From: Candidatus Latescibacterota bacterium
GTDB taxonomy: Bacteria; Latescibacterota; CBDEFO01
Assembly: GCA_965237525.1 (NCBI GenBank)
Contig: CBDEFO010000006.1
Coordinates: 224,001-288,000 of the forward strand
Length of the DNA: 64,000 nucleotides
Direction of reading: 5' to 3'
Shown here: positions 31,731 to 42,561 of the stretch, piece by piece
Numbering within the stretch: the first letter of the stretch is position 1
Layout of the letters: each line of letters starts with the position of its first letter
The notes under the pieces: generated by a model
The model's input: only the letters and a program-made list of their open reading frames with translations
What the model was told of the DNA's origin: nothing
Database searches by the model: none
Made by a program: the position numbers and the translations under genes

Positions 31731-32025
31731 TTAGACGCTGCCTACGAAATAACTATTTGACAAGGCTTTTAACTGTTGTGCAATAACCACTAATCCCCGA
31801 TACTTTGCGACAGCTCATCATCCATTGTGGAATATAGGATGAACTACGATCGCGTTATAGAGGAATTTTCTCCCATAAGAGCTGGCTGCCATGAATCCTT
31901 TATGCAAACTTTCACTAACATACTACCTGATTGGGATACTGCTATCTATCTAATTTCTGCTGATATAATGAATCCTTAACACTTTGAAGGGGGTAAGTTT
32001 TGCGTGACCACCGGTAATAGTGTAA

Positions 32026-34224
32026 TTAATAGACGACAGAGACAGTCCCGGTCTTAGTCTCCTCCTCTTCCTGAGCCTCTACCGATATGTGATAGACATA
32101 TATCCCCGGCGGAACAAGATTATCCTTGTTGTCTTCCCCATCCCAATGCCGGGTATATTGTCCTACGGAGTCGTTCCCAGAATAGACTGTCTTTATAAAG
32201 ACACCGGAAAGATCGTATATATCGATTGAGACAGGAACAGAGGCAGTCAGCCTCAAAATGGTATAAGATATGTTCAGTACATCATTGACACCGTCGCCAT
32301 TGGGTGTAAAGGGATTTGGAGAGACCTCTGCTGAGGACAATATCGATTCGGCCAAAGACGTTATCACCGTAAGGACATCGCTTTCGATCTCATCTGCCAC
32401 GTTGCCCGGCATGATCCTCTGACGAACTTCGTGAGGCTTTGCGCTGTCGAACACCCTGCCGTCAAAAAAGGTCCCGCGCTCCCTCAAAACAGGAGCTTGG
32501 AAGACCACTTCAACAATTTCTCCGCTGTTTCCTATATCCAACTTCCCAGGTAATGTGACCTCAAAGCCAGAGCCGTCTTCCTTTATCATCCAGGTGAAAT
32601 CGTCCTGATTGATTCCATCTACTCGAAGCGAATCCACCGAAGTAACCCCATAAGGTGTGGTGATCTCCAAGCTGTCGAATCCTTTATCCACAGCTGCCAT
32701 CGTTGCAGAGACAAAATAGCTGAACTTGTGTGTTACCTTCCCTATTTCGACCTCCACAGGGAAGATCTCACCTACTATCTCTCGAGCCGCAGGAGGCACA
32801 GAGGCCTTAAACTGTAAATACTCGATCCGGCTGCCATCGTTACCTTCGGAGGTAAAACCCACGCCGATCTGAAAGAATCTGCGGGGACCAGGAGAGGCGA
32901 TAGCCTCTCCCGGACTTTCAAACTTGTAAGGTGCAGACCAGAAGCTCCAGTTTTCCGCATCGTAAGTCACTGGACCCCTAAAACTTTTGGGGAGTTTGTC
33001 GTACTCACTTTTGTACTCCTCTTGGCTGAGGTCTTTCCCCCCCTTTTCGGGAGGCAAAACTACCGACGTTTGCTGCTCAGGGTTAAGTGTCCAGTAGACG
33101 TTCGGATGACGATCTGTCCCGCTCCTGGTTCGGATCCTAGCCTCGGCCTTGGGATCACTACTGCCAGACCAGGTGATCTCGCCGAAACTGCCGATGTCGT
33201 CCAACTCAATTATGTCAGCTATATAAGAGGCTTCATCTACAAAGCCCTGTCCCAAGACCTCAAACTCGGCGATCTCTATCGTCTTCAAATTTGGGGTATA
33301 GATCAACAACGCGACATAAGAGATTTTCTCCGGAGGATCAAGCGGTATTATAACTTCAGGAAATAGATTTTCAACGCGCTCATGACGTGCACTGGCGCCA
33401 GATGGAAATCCAGATTGACCTCTACTGCCTGGGTGAGTGTACTTGGCAAACTGTCGGAAACTCGGGATGTAACCCGTTCCTCGACAATAGTGGGTCTCGA
33501 TGAAATCCTGCGGGCGGCCAAGGCTGGTACCCAATTCGTAGTCCTGTATGAAGTGAGTCTCATATTCCTCACCCTCTGGGGATGTTCCTTCACGAGTGTA
33601 GAATCTTACTTTATTGACGACAAATATTCCGCCTAAGTTAATAACTATCCGGTGAGGCGCATGATGACATCTTGCGCCGCCTCTTTGCTCCCCCGCGGGC
33701 GCCGGCCAAGGCCACACAAAAGCCGTGGTCGGATCCCCATCTATCATGTTATTCCCAATGTTGCCTTCGATTCCATATCCCTGATGGATGCCTAGCCTCT
33801 CATAGGATTGGGTACCTTCGGCTATCCATCCTCCTCTGTCCAGAGCCGTTGCGGCTATGCTCTCACCCTCCCTGATAAACTTGGGTTGAATTGAGCCGGC
33901 ATCCGCCACTTTCAGAGAGTCCTCATCCAGGTTCTCCCTGAACTCAGATGCATCTTTGTTCAACCAGCTGATCTCAATGATCTCCTTGTCCCCGAACCCT
34001 ATCCCCTTTAGACTGTCCCTTTCTGCAGGTGAAAAGGGCTTTCCGATTCTATAGATAATCGCAGAGGATGCGTCATCTAAAAAGATGGTGGTGACCATCA
34101 AAGCAAGCAGAATCAACCCTGACAGCTTACATAAAATACTACCCATTCTTGCACACCAAGACATTTTTATCACCCCATTGGAGGTTAATCGGTCTGACTT
34201 CCCGTGATTAAAGGAGTTTGACAT
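32026..34224 (-). CDS. Large secreted FlgD-Ig / CHU_C-tailed protein, paralog 2
   Basis: Close paralog of 28592-30802, including about 170 bp of upstream DNA. Confidence 0.8.
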   Translation of the reverse strand: MSNSFNHGKSDRLTSNGVIKMSWCARMGSILCKLSGLILLALMVTTIFLDDASSAIIYRIGKPFSPAERDSLKGIGFGDKEIIEISWLNKDASEFRENLDEDSLKVADAGSIQPKFIREGESIAATALDRGGWIAEGTQSYERLGIHQGYGIEGNIGNNMIDGDPTTAFVWPWPAPAGEQRGGARCHHAPHRIVINLGGIFVVNKVRFYTREGTSPEGEEYETHFIQDYELGTSLGRPQDFIETHYCRGTGYIPSFRQFAKYTHPGSRGQSGFPSGASARHERVENLFPEVIIPLDPPEKISYVALLIYTPNLKTIEIAEFEVLGQGFVDEASYIADIIELDDIGSFGEITWSGSSDPKAEARIRTRSGTDRHPNVYWTLNPEQQTSVVLPPEKGGKDLSQEEYKSEYDKLPKSFRGPVTYDAENWSFWSAPYKFESPGEAIASPGPRRFFQIGVGFTSEGNDGSRIEYLQFKASVPPAAREIVGEIFPVEVEIGKVTHKFSYFVSATMAAVDKGFDSLEITTPYGVTSVDSLRVDGINQDDFTWMIKEDGSGFEVTLPGKLDIGNSGEIVEVVFQAPVLRERGTFFDGRVFDSAKPHEVRQRIMPGNVADEIESDVLTVITSLAESILSSAEVSPNPFTPNGDGVNDVLNISYTILRLTASVPVSIDIYDLSGVFIKTVYSGNDSVGQYTRHWDGEDNKDNLVPPGIYVYHISVEAQEEEETKTGTVSVVY

Positions 34225-34461
34225 CAGGATTCCCTCCCTTCAGGTAAAAGCCCAGTATCGCATCAAAATAGTATGCACAAGTTTATAGGGATCCTAAATA
34301 GCAGCCAATACACAGGGAGAGGCAACCTAAGTCAGATTGCTTCGCCCACTTCGCGGTTTGCTGGCACTTTGTCCCCCAGCAAAAAGGGGCCCCAGCAGTG
34401 CGCGAGGTGCCCACGCCGCCGAATGCCCGATTGAGCCTATCGGGGATCGGGGGCTACTTGC

Positions 34462-37236
34462 TTAATATGCAACCTGTACTAACCGGTTGACTGAAGTATC
34501 TTCAGCAGAATCTGAATCGGTGTCAACATTAATCCTTATAACATATATACCAGGAGTGACTAACCCTCCTGACTTATCAACGCCATCCCAGATCACTGCA
34601 TCGTCTTTTTTATATGCCCCCGAAGAAAGAGAGTCATTCAGCAACTCAACAACTATATTGCCGCTAAGATCGTATATCTGCACCTGCACAGGAGTTGATA
34701 ACCCCACACGCAACAGTAAAAAGCTTATCGACGTCTTATCGTTAATCCCGTCTCCATTGGGTGTAATTATCTTAGGATCTACCTCAATAGCATCTAATAT
34801 CCTATTCCCCTCAAGGGCTAATACTACTGTCTTTTCGCTGTCTGTAACGCCATTAGCATCACCATCGTCCGTCCTCTGCCAGGAACCCTCTACGGATGAA
34901 TTGCCTATAGAACCATCGAAAAATGTGCTGAATCCGAATAACTGCGCTTCAAACTTGACCTCCAATAGAACATTACCTGTAGTCGTCTTTATACGACCCG
35001 GCAGCCGAACCCACAGTGAATCGGACTCAGGTCTGGATAAAACCTCAAAACCTTCGCTTTCATCTGTATAACTTTCATCAGGTTCCCTCAGATCGCCATC
35101 TATGATCATGTCTTCAATGCTTTCATCCTCCCACTTATTGACCTGCTTAAAGTTCATCCTGACTCCAGAAGGCGCCTCGATAAGGATCTCATCCAACCCT
35201 TTGCTCCTAAAATCAAACGTGGGGCGGATGAAAAAGGACAGTTCCTGCTTAATGCCTATCGAATCCAGACGGGAAGGTGTTACCTCTCCGATCACAGATG
35301 TGGCAACAGGGTCACCTGCCAAGAAATTAAGCCTCACTGAACGCAAAGTAGCAAATCGAAAAGGATCGTCCGTCAGAAAGGTAGCTCGGGTCATAACGTA
35401 TTTTCTGGGACTGGGAGATCTGAACCTGTCCCCCGAACGCACATAGGTCTCACTCCAGCCGCTCCAACCAGTTCCTGGGACTGTCTCAGTAACTATATCC
35501 CCCTTATTAAAACTGAAAAGCTTGGCATATGCTGCAAATGCGTTTTTCTCGTTCCCCGGGTGCAATTCTTTGGCTCTGGGATTGTCCCCTATCATCTTGA
35601 AGTAGTGTATTACCTGCTCGACCGTATCACCTGTCTTTGTCTGAATAAGCACATCTGTGCCTTCCGGCGTATCTGCATCCCACTCTATCGACGTCAGATT
35701 CTTTATCCCCGGCAGCTCAATGAAGGGGATACTCCCTTCAAATTTGATGGCATGAAGGGATGCGTCAAAGATAGATACGATCTGGGCCTCCGGCAAATAG
35801 CCCTCTCCGAATAATTGAATCTCCTTTATTGCGCCACGTCCTCCCCCTCCCGGTACCGGAAGCAGAGTCCAGGTAAGGGAGAAGAATTTAGCTTTGGAAG
35901 CCTCGAATTTGTGGTCGTGATATTTTATTTCAGCAAACTCCTCTCTTACGGAGGAACTCACCTCAGCCACAAACTTCCAGGCTAAGCTCCCGTCAGGAGT
36001 CCTGGAACCATCCGACAGCCTCATTGCGTAATTATCATCAAGCGTGCCCTGACCGAACACCCCCCCTAAATCCGTAATCATCCGAACGTTATCTAAAAAG
36101 AAGGCACCTCCAAGATCCATACGTAACTCGCGCTCAATTTGCACATCTTCCCGCGCCGGGTCGTTCTTATATTGATTCGCAATGTTGTACGCCGGGTTGA
36201 TCTTACCATCCACTACGTTCGGTTCGTTTGGGGCTTCAGTGCTCTCTAAAGTGCCGCCGCGATCTAATATGCCCAAAGCGATGTTGTCGCCAACTGACCA
36301 CACCTCCACCTCCGCCAACCTCGGCAACTCCCGACGGTAATGGACTACAGGCCCTCGTTTGCTCTCATCCTCTATAGCCTGCCAATACTCTAAGCCTTCC
36401 ACCAACCTCAACCTGCCTGTTGACTCTCGTCTGAAGTACTCTATATCTCCACGTTCGTCAGGCTCCAGACTTTCATATCCAGATTCGGTGACCCGCAGCC
36501 CCTTACCGTATCTGCTATCTGTTATTACCACGACCAAATATCTGATAACATCACCCGTGAAATCCCCGAGTACATCTGGAAAATCAGTGGGCGTCAGAAG
36601 AGTCATATCCACCTCAAAGACCCTCTCATCCAGGTTAGGCTGGTCCGTACTCAAGACCTTTCTGAATATAAACAGGTCAGGCCGACCAGGGAACGGCTCC
36701 CCTTGAGCCGTTAGGACCTTAAACTGCAAAAATGGATCTCCAAGATCCTCCCCCACGAACCTGAGAACGATCTTGGTGACAGATATAAGCTGCCCCAGAT
36801 CTATCTGCACCCACCAATTCTCTATAGGATCATCCATATCCGGTTCCCAGTAGGTGTCCAGATCACCATCCATAAGGTCGGCGGCGATTGAAGCGTTTGA
36901 ACCTGCCGCCTTTATGCCTCCTCCAAACTCAAATGCATTTGGGACAACGTCTATGCCGGGAACCCTCACCATCTGGCCATCTATCTCTATTTCTGTGCTC
37001 TTGCGCATGAACCCAGGTCTTACCCCCTCATCGGTGACCTGGATCGTCTTTGCAGCAGCCTTCCAGAAAGACCATTGCTCTTTCGAATCTATGACGACCT
37101 TGTTGCCGCCCGCGATCGAATATCCCTGACGCTCCACACGAACCTGAGCCTGCACACGAACAGGAAATAGCAAAAGTACCAAACTCATCATAAGAACCGC
37201 TTGGCAAGCACAACGTATAGTTCTAAGATCTCTCAC
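34462..37236 (-). CDS. Large secreted FlgD-Ig / CHU_C-tailed protein with discoidin-like domain
   Basis: Signal peptide (VQA/QV), DLMDGDLDTYW...VQIDLG, ITPNGDGIND...WDG...PGIY tail; GTG start after AGGAGG. Confidence 0.8.
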   Translation of the reverse strand: MRDLRTIRCACQAVLMMSLVLLLFPVRVQAQVRVERQGYSIAGGNKVVIDSKEQWSFWKAAAKTIQVTDEGVRPGFMRKSTEIEIDGQMVRVPGIDVVPNAFEFGGGIKAAGSNASIAADLMDGDLDTYWEPDMDDPIENWWVQIDLGQLISVTKIVLRFVGEDLGDPFLQFKVLTAQGEPFPGRPDLFIFRKVLSTDQPNLDERVFEVDMTLLTPTDFPDVLGDFTGDVIRYLVVVITDSRYGKGLRVTESGYESLEPDERGDIEYFRRESTGRLRLVEGLEYWQAIEDESKRGPVVHYRRELPRLAEVEVWSVGDNIALGILDRGGTLESTEAPNEPNVVDGKINPAYNIANQYKNDPAREDVQIERELRMDLGGAFFLDNVRMITDLGGVFGQGTLDDNYAMRLSDGSRTPDGSLAWKFVAEVSSSVREEFAEIKYHDHKFEASKAKFFSLTWTLLPVPGGGGRGAIKEIQLFGEGYLPEAQIVSIFDASLHAIKFEGSIPFIELPGIKNLTSIEWDADTPEGTDVLIQTKTGDTVEQVIHYFKMIGDNPRAKELHPGNEKNAFAAYAKLFSFNKGDIVTETVPGTGWSGWSETYVRSGDRFRSPSPRKYVMTRATFLTDDPFRFATLRSVRLNFLAGDPVATSVIGEVTPSRLDSIGIKQELSFFIRPTFDFRSKGLDEILIEAPSGVRMNFKQVNKWEDESIEDMIIDGDLREPDESYTDESEGFEVLSRPESDSLWVRLPGRIKTTTGNVLLEVKFEAQLFGFSTFFDGSIGNSSVEGSWQRTDDGDANGVTDSEKTVVLALEGNRILDAIEVDPKIITPNGDGINDKTSISFLLLRVGLSTPVQVQIYDLSGNIVVELLNDSLSSGAYKKDDAVIWDGVDKSGGLVTPGIYVIRINVDTDSDSAEDTSVNRLVQVAY

Positions 37237-37809
37237 CGCCTGCCTCCTTTTATTAGTTGATCAAACCTAAAGCCCAGCTACATCTGTATCGCTTCCTCAA
37301 CCGCAGGCTAAGGATAGCTTTATGATTATGACTTGCTTTAGTGCAAAAAAGTTTCAAGCTGAATATTCGACATTAAAGATACAGCGAGAACTGTTAGGTG
37401 TCAATAGGAATTGTGAGGATGATGGAACACAACGATTCTTTCGTCGAAATGGGTAAATGGTCCCTTAACTCTGGATGTGGTGCGCTTTTAATCCTTTTGT
37501 CCAATACCCCATCGCGCTTTCAGGCATGGAAAAGGCGGTCCCCGTAAGCTGTCCCGTTCCACGATGCACCCGCCGCTCTTGAGAACTCCAGGGAAAGAAC
37601 GTAATGATGGTGCCCGGTCCCACCAATTGTTGCCGCAGTAGAGATGTTAGGTGTAGGGATCGTCGAAGTTGACGGTCTTCTTTACCAATCGCAACCCTCC
37701 TCATAGAAAACGACATTTTCCCGCAAATCACCTGCAAGCGCCCGAACATAGTGAATCCCATCACCCCCCGTAGCCATGCGACTACCTCTTGTTCCATGCT
37801 TGGTTCTTA

Positions 37810-38160
37810 TCACTCCAGTGTCACAAAGATCGACCTACGGGGTTGATTGTTTACAATACGCGATCTGTGTCCGTATCCGGTCGTGTCTTCAGCCAGCAGG
37901 GTATCTCCGCCTCGGAAGCGGCGTTTGGTACCGTCGCCAACCTCTATCTCAACTTCGCCATCCAACATAATGATATACTGTCTTTGGGGCGCGTTGTGCC
38001 AGTCGTAGTCGTAGTCTGCATCATTTTCACGGAAGATAACGCCTGTTGCCAGATAGCGTTTCGACAGCTTACCGATCTGTCCAGCATCTTCCAGAGAGAT
38101 TTCGATATCTTCAAAATGCGAATGTCCATCTTGACCGGTATAGAGACGGGTTATTTGCAT
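37810..38160 (-). CDS. Cupin-like protein
   Basis: MQITRLYTGQDGHSHFED, WHNAPQRQY, AEDTTGYGH. Confidence 0.8.
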   Translation of the reverse strand: MQITRLYTGQDGHSHFEDIEISLEDAGQIGKLSKRYLATGVIFRENDADYDYDWHNAPQRQYIIMLDGEVEIEVGDGTKRRFRGGDTLLAEDTTGYGHRSRIVNNQPRRSIFVTLE

Positions 38161-38481
38161 AATTTCCTCAGCCTGTTCGTAAGTCCCATTATTGATTGTA
38201 GATCTTGCCGCTCTGTCAAAGGGAGCGGTACGCCATCTAAGAGCCCCGGTTCCGAACTGCACCCCCCAGTTTCCCCATAATTGTATGGATGCAGCCCCAG
38301 AAAGTCAAGAACAATTCCCCCGCAATCAAACAATCCGCCTTGGCACAGCTTAGTCTGTTGCGGTTATCCCTTTACGCCCCTTCGTTAGTTGGGCGATCGA
38401 ATAACATACGGTGCCAAAGCTAGTACTCTTAAGTGTCCCGAGTTTAGAGGATCTGTCTGAGACGATTCCATTCCTTTTTCG

Positions 38482-38510
38482 TTGACTTAGAAAGAAATAC
38501 ACTATATATT
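38482..38510 (+). promoter_or_regulatory. Putative sigma70 promoter
   Basis: TTGACT-17 bp-TATATT upstream of the aldolase gene. Confidence 0.45.
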
Positions 38511-38800
38511 TTCTGAGTCACGTACGCGAGAATCGCAACATCCATTTATTGCAATCCAAAAGTCGGACACATTTTCAGGCTATTGCTCTAGGCTCGATCC
38601 CCAACCCCAAATAGATTCAATTGGGGATTGAGCCTTAATGAGTTCTTTCATATGCAGCTTTAAACTCAGCAGATGTCAGATAACTGAGCGCTCTTGCTAC
38701 CAATTGCTCGTTCAAACTCTGAGAAAGTTCATATTCTCTTGTCGCTCAGGTACAAACATCGATCCAGACCACCGGGTCATCTGACAAGGAGACTCCGAAA

Positions 38801-39578
38801 ATGCCCTCAGACGAGCCATATATTACCAACATAGCAAAGCAGCAACTGAAGGAAGACAAACCTCTATTTGTGTTTCAGGTCTGGGAGCTGACCCGGCCGG
38901 TTGCGGCAAAAATATCGGCTCAGGCGGGCTTCCACATGATAGCTGTGGAATCAGAGCACGAACTGCACAACGGGAAGACACTCACCGACTTTATCGTGAC
39001 AGCCAACGACAATGGGCTCGCCGTGATGGTAAGCGCGCCGACGATCGAGAGACACTTCATCTCCCGGATTCTGGACGCCGGGGCTCTGGCCATCATGCTG
39101 CCTCACGCCGAGACTCCCGAGCAGGTCGAGCAGCTTGCCGGCTGGATGAAGTATCCCCCCGTGGGCGGGAGGGCGGTTTCCTTCGGCCCAAACAGCGACT
39201 TTCAGATACCTGACGTGGCCCGATATTGCGAGCAGGCAAACGACGCGACAATGATCATATTAAAGATTGAGTCTGCAAAGGGCATCCAGAACGCTGAAGC
39301 CATGATGTCCACAGGATGGGTTGACGGGATCGTATTTGGTCAGGTGGATCTGACGGTAGACTGGGGTGTCCCGGGGCAGCTCGATCACCCCGAGATAGCG
39401 GCTGCGGTCGACAACGTGTCCAAGATGGCCATGTCGCATCGCGGTGGCAGGCAGTGCGTCGGACCGCGCTTCCTACGAACGCGAGCGCGCACGCGGAGCC
39501 CAGATCTTCTTTGTGCCGAGCGAGCTGGATATCATCCGTAAGGCGGCGTTTGAGTTCATGGATATGGTCCGCAGTTGA
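38801..39578 (+). pseudogene. HpcH/HpaI aldolase family, frameshifted near 39436
   Basis: ESEH, RILDAGA, KYPPVGGR, IES, GQVDL; natural C-terminus (AVAGSASD...ERARGAQIF...MVRS*) is in another frame. Confidence 0.75.
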
Positions 39579-39606
39579 GATTTCTTTTCACAAGGAGAAC
39601 AATCAA

Positions 39607-40473
39607 ATGAATCCACCGAGTGTACCCGACAAGCTGCGATTGCTCTCTGTTGTCGCGCATCCACATGATATTACCTACACACTTGGGACCTCTGCTCATC
39701 ACATTGAGCGGGGCGATACCCTAACTGCTGTCTCCCTGACCGACGGCGTCAGCACCCACGATGAAGAACTGGCAGACGAGCTTCGCAAGCCGCCCGGGGA
39801 ACGACGACAGGAGATCCTGCTGAGGACCCGCGCAGAGCAGGCTGAAGCCAAACAGAAGGAGATGACCGAGGTATGCGGCGTGTTCGGCATCACCGACGTC
39901 CGCATATTGCCGTTTGCCGATAATCCCATTGACGCCACGAAGGAACTGTATCGCTGGCTGGGCGATATCTTTTACGACATTCGGCCCCATATTGTGATCA
40001 CCCATGCGCCTTATAATCCTCCCGAACGGGGCCATATAAGTCTCCAGAATAACGACCACGCCGCGGCTGGTCAGATAGTCCAGCGGACAATGCAAGCCGT
40101 CTCCCAGCCGGATCCGCAACGCAAAAAGGAGCCGCATCGGGTGGCTCAGCTTTACTACATTGGTGTTGAATTTGGGCACAACGAGATCGACTTACTCGTA
40201 GATATCTCAGATCAAGTGGCTAATCGCATAAAGGCAGAGGCGCTTTATGAGACCCAGGGTCACACCCCAGAGTTGGCCCGCAAGAGAATCGAGAGTTTCG
40301 CGGGGTATGCCGGCTGGTGGGGTCATGCTGCGTACGCCGAACCGTATATTCGGGGCCAGAGGGAGGTCAGCAATTATCTGACCGTTTCCGACAACGACCT
40401 GTTGGATGCCCAAAGGTCAAGCAAAGAGACTCTGGCAAGTATAGCTCAAATGGCTCGTCCCCACGACGCCTGA
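39607..40473 (+). CDS. PIG-L/LmbE family deacetylase
   Basis: AHPHD, RPHIVITH, DH, VDIS motifs; AAGGAG RBS. Confidence 0.85.
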   Translation: MNPPSVPDKLRLLSVVAHPHDITYTLGTSAHHIERGDTLTAVSLTDGVSTHDEELADELRKPPGERRQEILLRTRAEQAEAKQKEMTEVCGVFGITDVRILPFADNPIDATKELYRWLGDIFYDIRPHIVITHAPYNPPERGHISLQNNDHAAAGQIVQRTMQAVSQPDPQRKKEPHRVAQLYYIGVEFGHNEIDLLVDISDQVANRIKAEALYETQGHTPELARKRIESFAGYAGWWGHAAYAEPYIRGQREVSNYLTVSDNDLLDAQRSSKETLASIAQMARPHDA

Positions 40474-40639
40474 TCTATTCGGACACCCACTGGCGTTTGG
40501 CACGGATGAAGAAGGAACGCAAAGATATTGCAAAGCGACGGCGTTCGGGACAGGTGCAGCAGAAATTGCGGGCGTCAAGTAGAGAGCAGTAGAACTTCTT
40601 GTGGAAAAGATTAACCGATCAAAAAAAGAAAGGAAAATT

Positions 40640-42283
40640 ATGAAGGGCAAAGCCGCCGTTGTAAATATCTTGAAGCAGGAGGGCACAGAGTTTCTGTTCT
40701 GCTTTCCGCACAACCACCTCATAGATGCCGCAGCTTGCGTGGGGATCAGGCCCATACTAACCAGGACCGAACGGACGCTTGTGAACATGGCGGACGGATA
40801 TACGCGGGTTTTGAACGGCAGACTCACAGGCGTATGCGCAGTGCAACACGGACCCGGCGCTGAAAACGCCTTTGCGGGCGTGGCGCAGGCCTTCTCAGAC
40901 TCCATACCGATCCTGATGCTTCCGGGCCAATTCGCGCGACACAGGTTGGGCGTGCATCCCCACTTCGATGGGGTGCAAAGCTACGCAGGGATTACAAAGT
41001 GGGCGGCCCAGATCAACTATGCAGATCGCGTCCCGGAGCTTTTGAGACGGGCTTTCACCCTGCTCAGGAACGGAAAGCCCGGGCCGATTGTGTTGGAGAT
41101 ACCAATAGACGTGATGGATGAGGAATTCGACGACTCCGCGCTGGACTATAGCCCAGTCAGGAGAGCAAAGACCCTAGCGGATCCGGAAGATGTGAAGGAA
41201 GCGGTCAGAGCACTGCTCTCAGCAAAGAATCCCGTCCTCCACGTCGGACAGGGCGTCCTCTGGGCAGAGGCGTGCGATGAACTAATTCGGTTTGCAGAAC
41301 TGGTCGGCACCCCTGTGATGACAACGCTGGCCGGGAAGAGCGCCTTTCCCGAGAATCATCCCCTCTCCGCCGGGATGGTAGCGAATACCAGAACTAAACC
41401 TGCCGCTCATTTTCTGCAAAAAGCTGATTTAGTGTTCGGGATCGGTTGCAGCTTCTCGAAGGCGCCGCTGACTGCACCTATCCCCCCTGACAAGGTAATG
41501 GTCCAGGTGACCATAAACGAACTAGACATCAACAAAGACTATCCGATAGACCACGCCGTGGTAGGCGACGCGAAGTTGGTACTCGAGCAACTGATAGCTG
41601 AGGTCAAGAATCAGGCAGGGGAGCGAGGCAAAAGGGGGAACGACGCTGTGGTTCAGGAAATAAAAGCCATCAAGGACGAATGGCTTGAGGAGTGGATGCC
41701 GAGGCTGACATCATCCGAAGTCCCCATCAACCCGTATCGCGTGATCTGGGATTTGATGCATACCATAGACCGGAAAAACACGATTGTGACGCACGACTCC
41801 GGCAATCCAAGAGACCAGATGGCCCCGTTCTTCGAGGCGATCGCACCCAGGGGCTACCTCGGCTGGGGAAAATCGACTCAGCTGGGCTACGGCCTCGGCC
41901 TTGCGATGGGGGCAAAGTTGGCAGCGCCGGATAAGATGGTGGTCAACTTTATGGGCGACGCCGCCTTCGGAATGGCGGGGATGGACTTTGAGACTGCTGT
42001 GAGAGAGAAGATCCCGATTTTGACGATTATCGTGAACAACTCTGCGATGGGTGGATACGAAACATATCTCCCGAATGCGACCGAGCGCTACGGCACCAAG
42101 TTCCTATCCGGAAATTACACCAAAGTCGCCGAAGGACTGGGAGGCTACAGCGAGAGGGTGGAAAAGCCGGACGACATCATCCCGGCGATCCATCGGGCCA
42201 AAAAGGCGACGGAATCCGGACGGCCCGCGCTCCTTGAAGTAATCACAAGAGAGGATCCAGTGTTTTCAAAGTACGAGCATTAA
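40640..42283 (+). CDS. Thiamine-pyrophosphate-requiring enzyme (acetolactate synthase-like)
   Basis: RTE..MADGY, HGPG, GDAAFGM...NN TPP motif. Confidence 0.9.
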   Translation: MKGKAAVVNILKQEGTEFLFCFPHNHLIDAAACVGIRPILTRTERTLVNMADGYTRVLNGRLTGVCAVQHGPGAENAFAGVAQAFSDSIPILMLPGQFARHRLGVHPHFDGVQSYAGITKWAAQINYADRVPELLRRAFTLLRNGKPGPIVLEIPIDVMDEEFDDSALDYSPVRRAKTLADPEDVKEAVRALLSAKNPVLHVGQGVLWAEACDELIRFAELVGTPVMTTLAGKSAFPENHPLSAGMVANTRTKPAAHFLQKADLVFGIGCSFSKAPLTAPIPPDKVMVQVTINELDINKDYPIDHAVVGDAKLVLEQLIAEVKNQAGERGKRGNDAVVQEIKAIKDEWLEEWMPRLTSSEVPINPYRVIWDLMHTIDRKNTIVTHDSGNPRDQMAPFFEAIAPRGYLGWGKSTQLGYGLGLAMGAKLAAPDKMVVNFMGDAAFGMAGMDFETAVREKIPILTIIVNNSAMGGYETYLPNATERYGTKFLSGNYTKVAEGLGGYSERVEKPDDIIPAIHRAKKATESGRPALLEVITREDPVFSKYEH

Positions 42284-42471
42284 GGCCTACCACATCTTGC
42301 ATCTATTACCAATATCCTACCGCTTTGTATCCTGCAAGTAGAGATCGAGCCTATCGGGGATCGAGGGCTGCTGACTGGGGCAGCCCCACGGGTCTGCCCC
42401 TACCTGATATGACCTTTCTCCTCTTCTGCTATAATCCAAGACAAAAATTTACATTTTTCTTAAAAAAGGGC

Positions 42472-42523
42472 TTGACATACAATATATAGTATTGTATATT
42501 ATCGACCGCACTACATATTGATC
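42472..42523 (+). promoter_or_regulatory. sigma70 promoter overlapped by two NrdR boxes
   Basis: TTGACA-17-TATATT (42472-42500); ATACAATATATAGTAT (42477-42492) and GCACTACATATTGATC (42508-42523) fit the acaCwAtATaTwGtgt consensus, 31 bp apart. Confidence 0.8.
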
Positions 42524-42561
42524 CCCGATTGCTTCTATCGGGGACTGGATAAGGAAAAGAG

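Noticed and set aside
38431..38577. Possible MITE defined by AAGTGTCCCGAGTTT / AAAGTCGGACACATTT
   Set aside because: Inverted repeat is short and imperfect, with no target duplication and no second copy.
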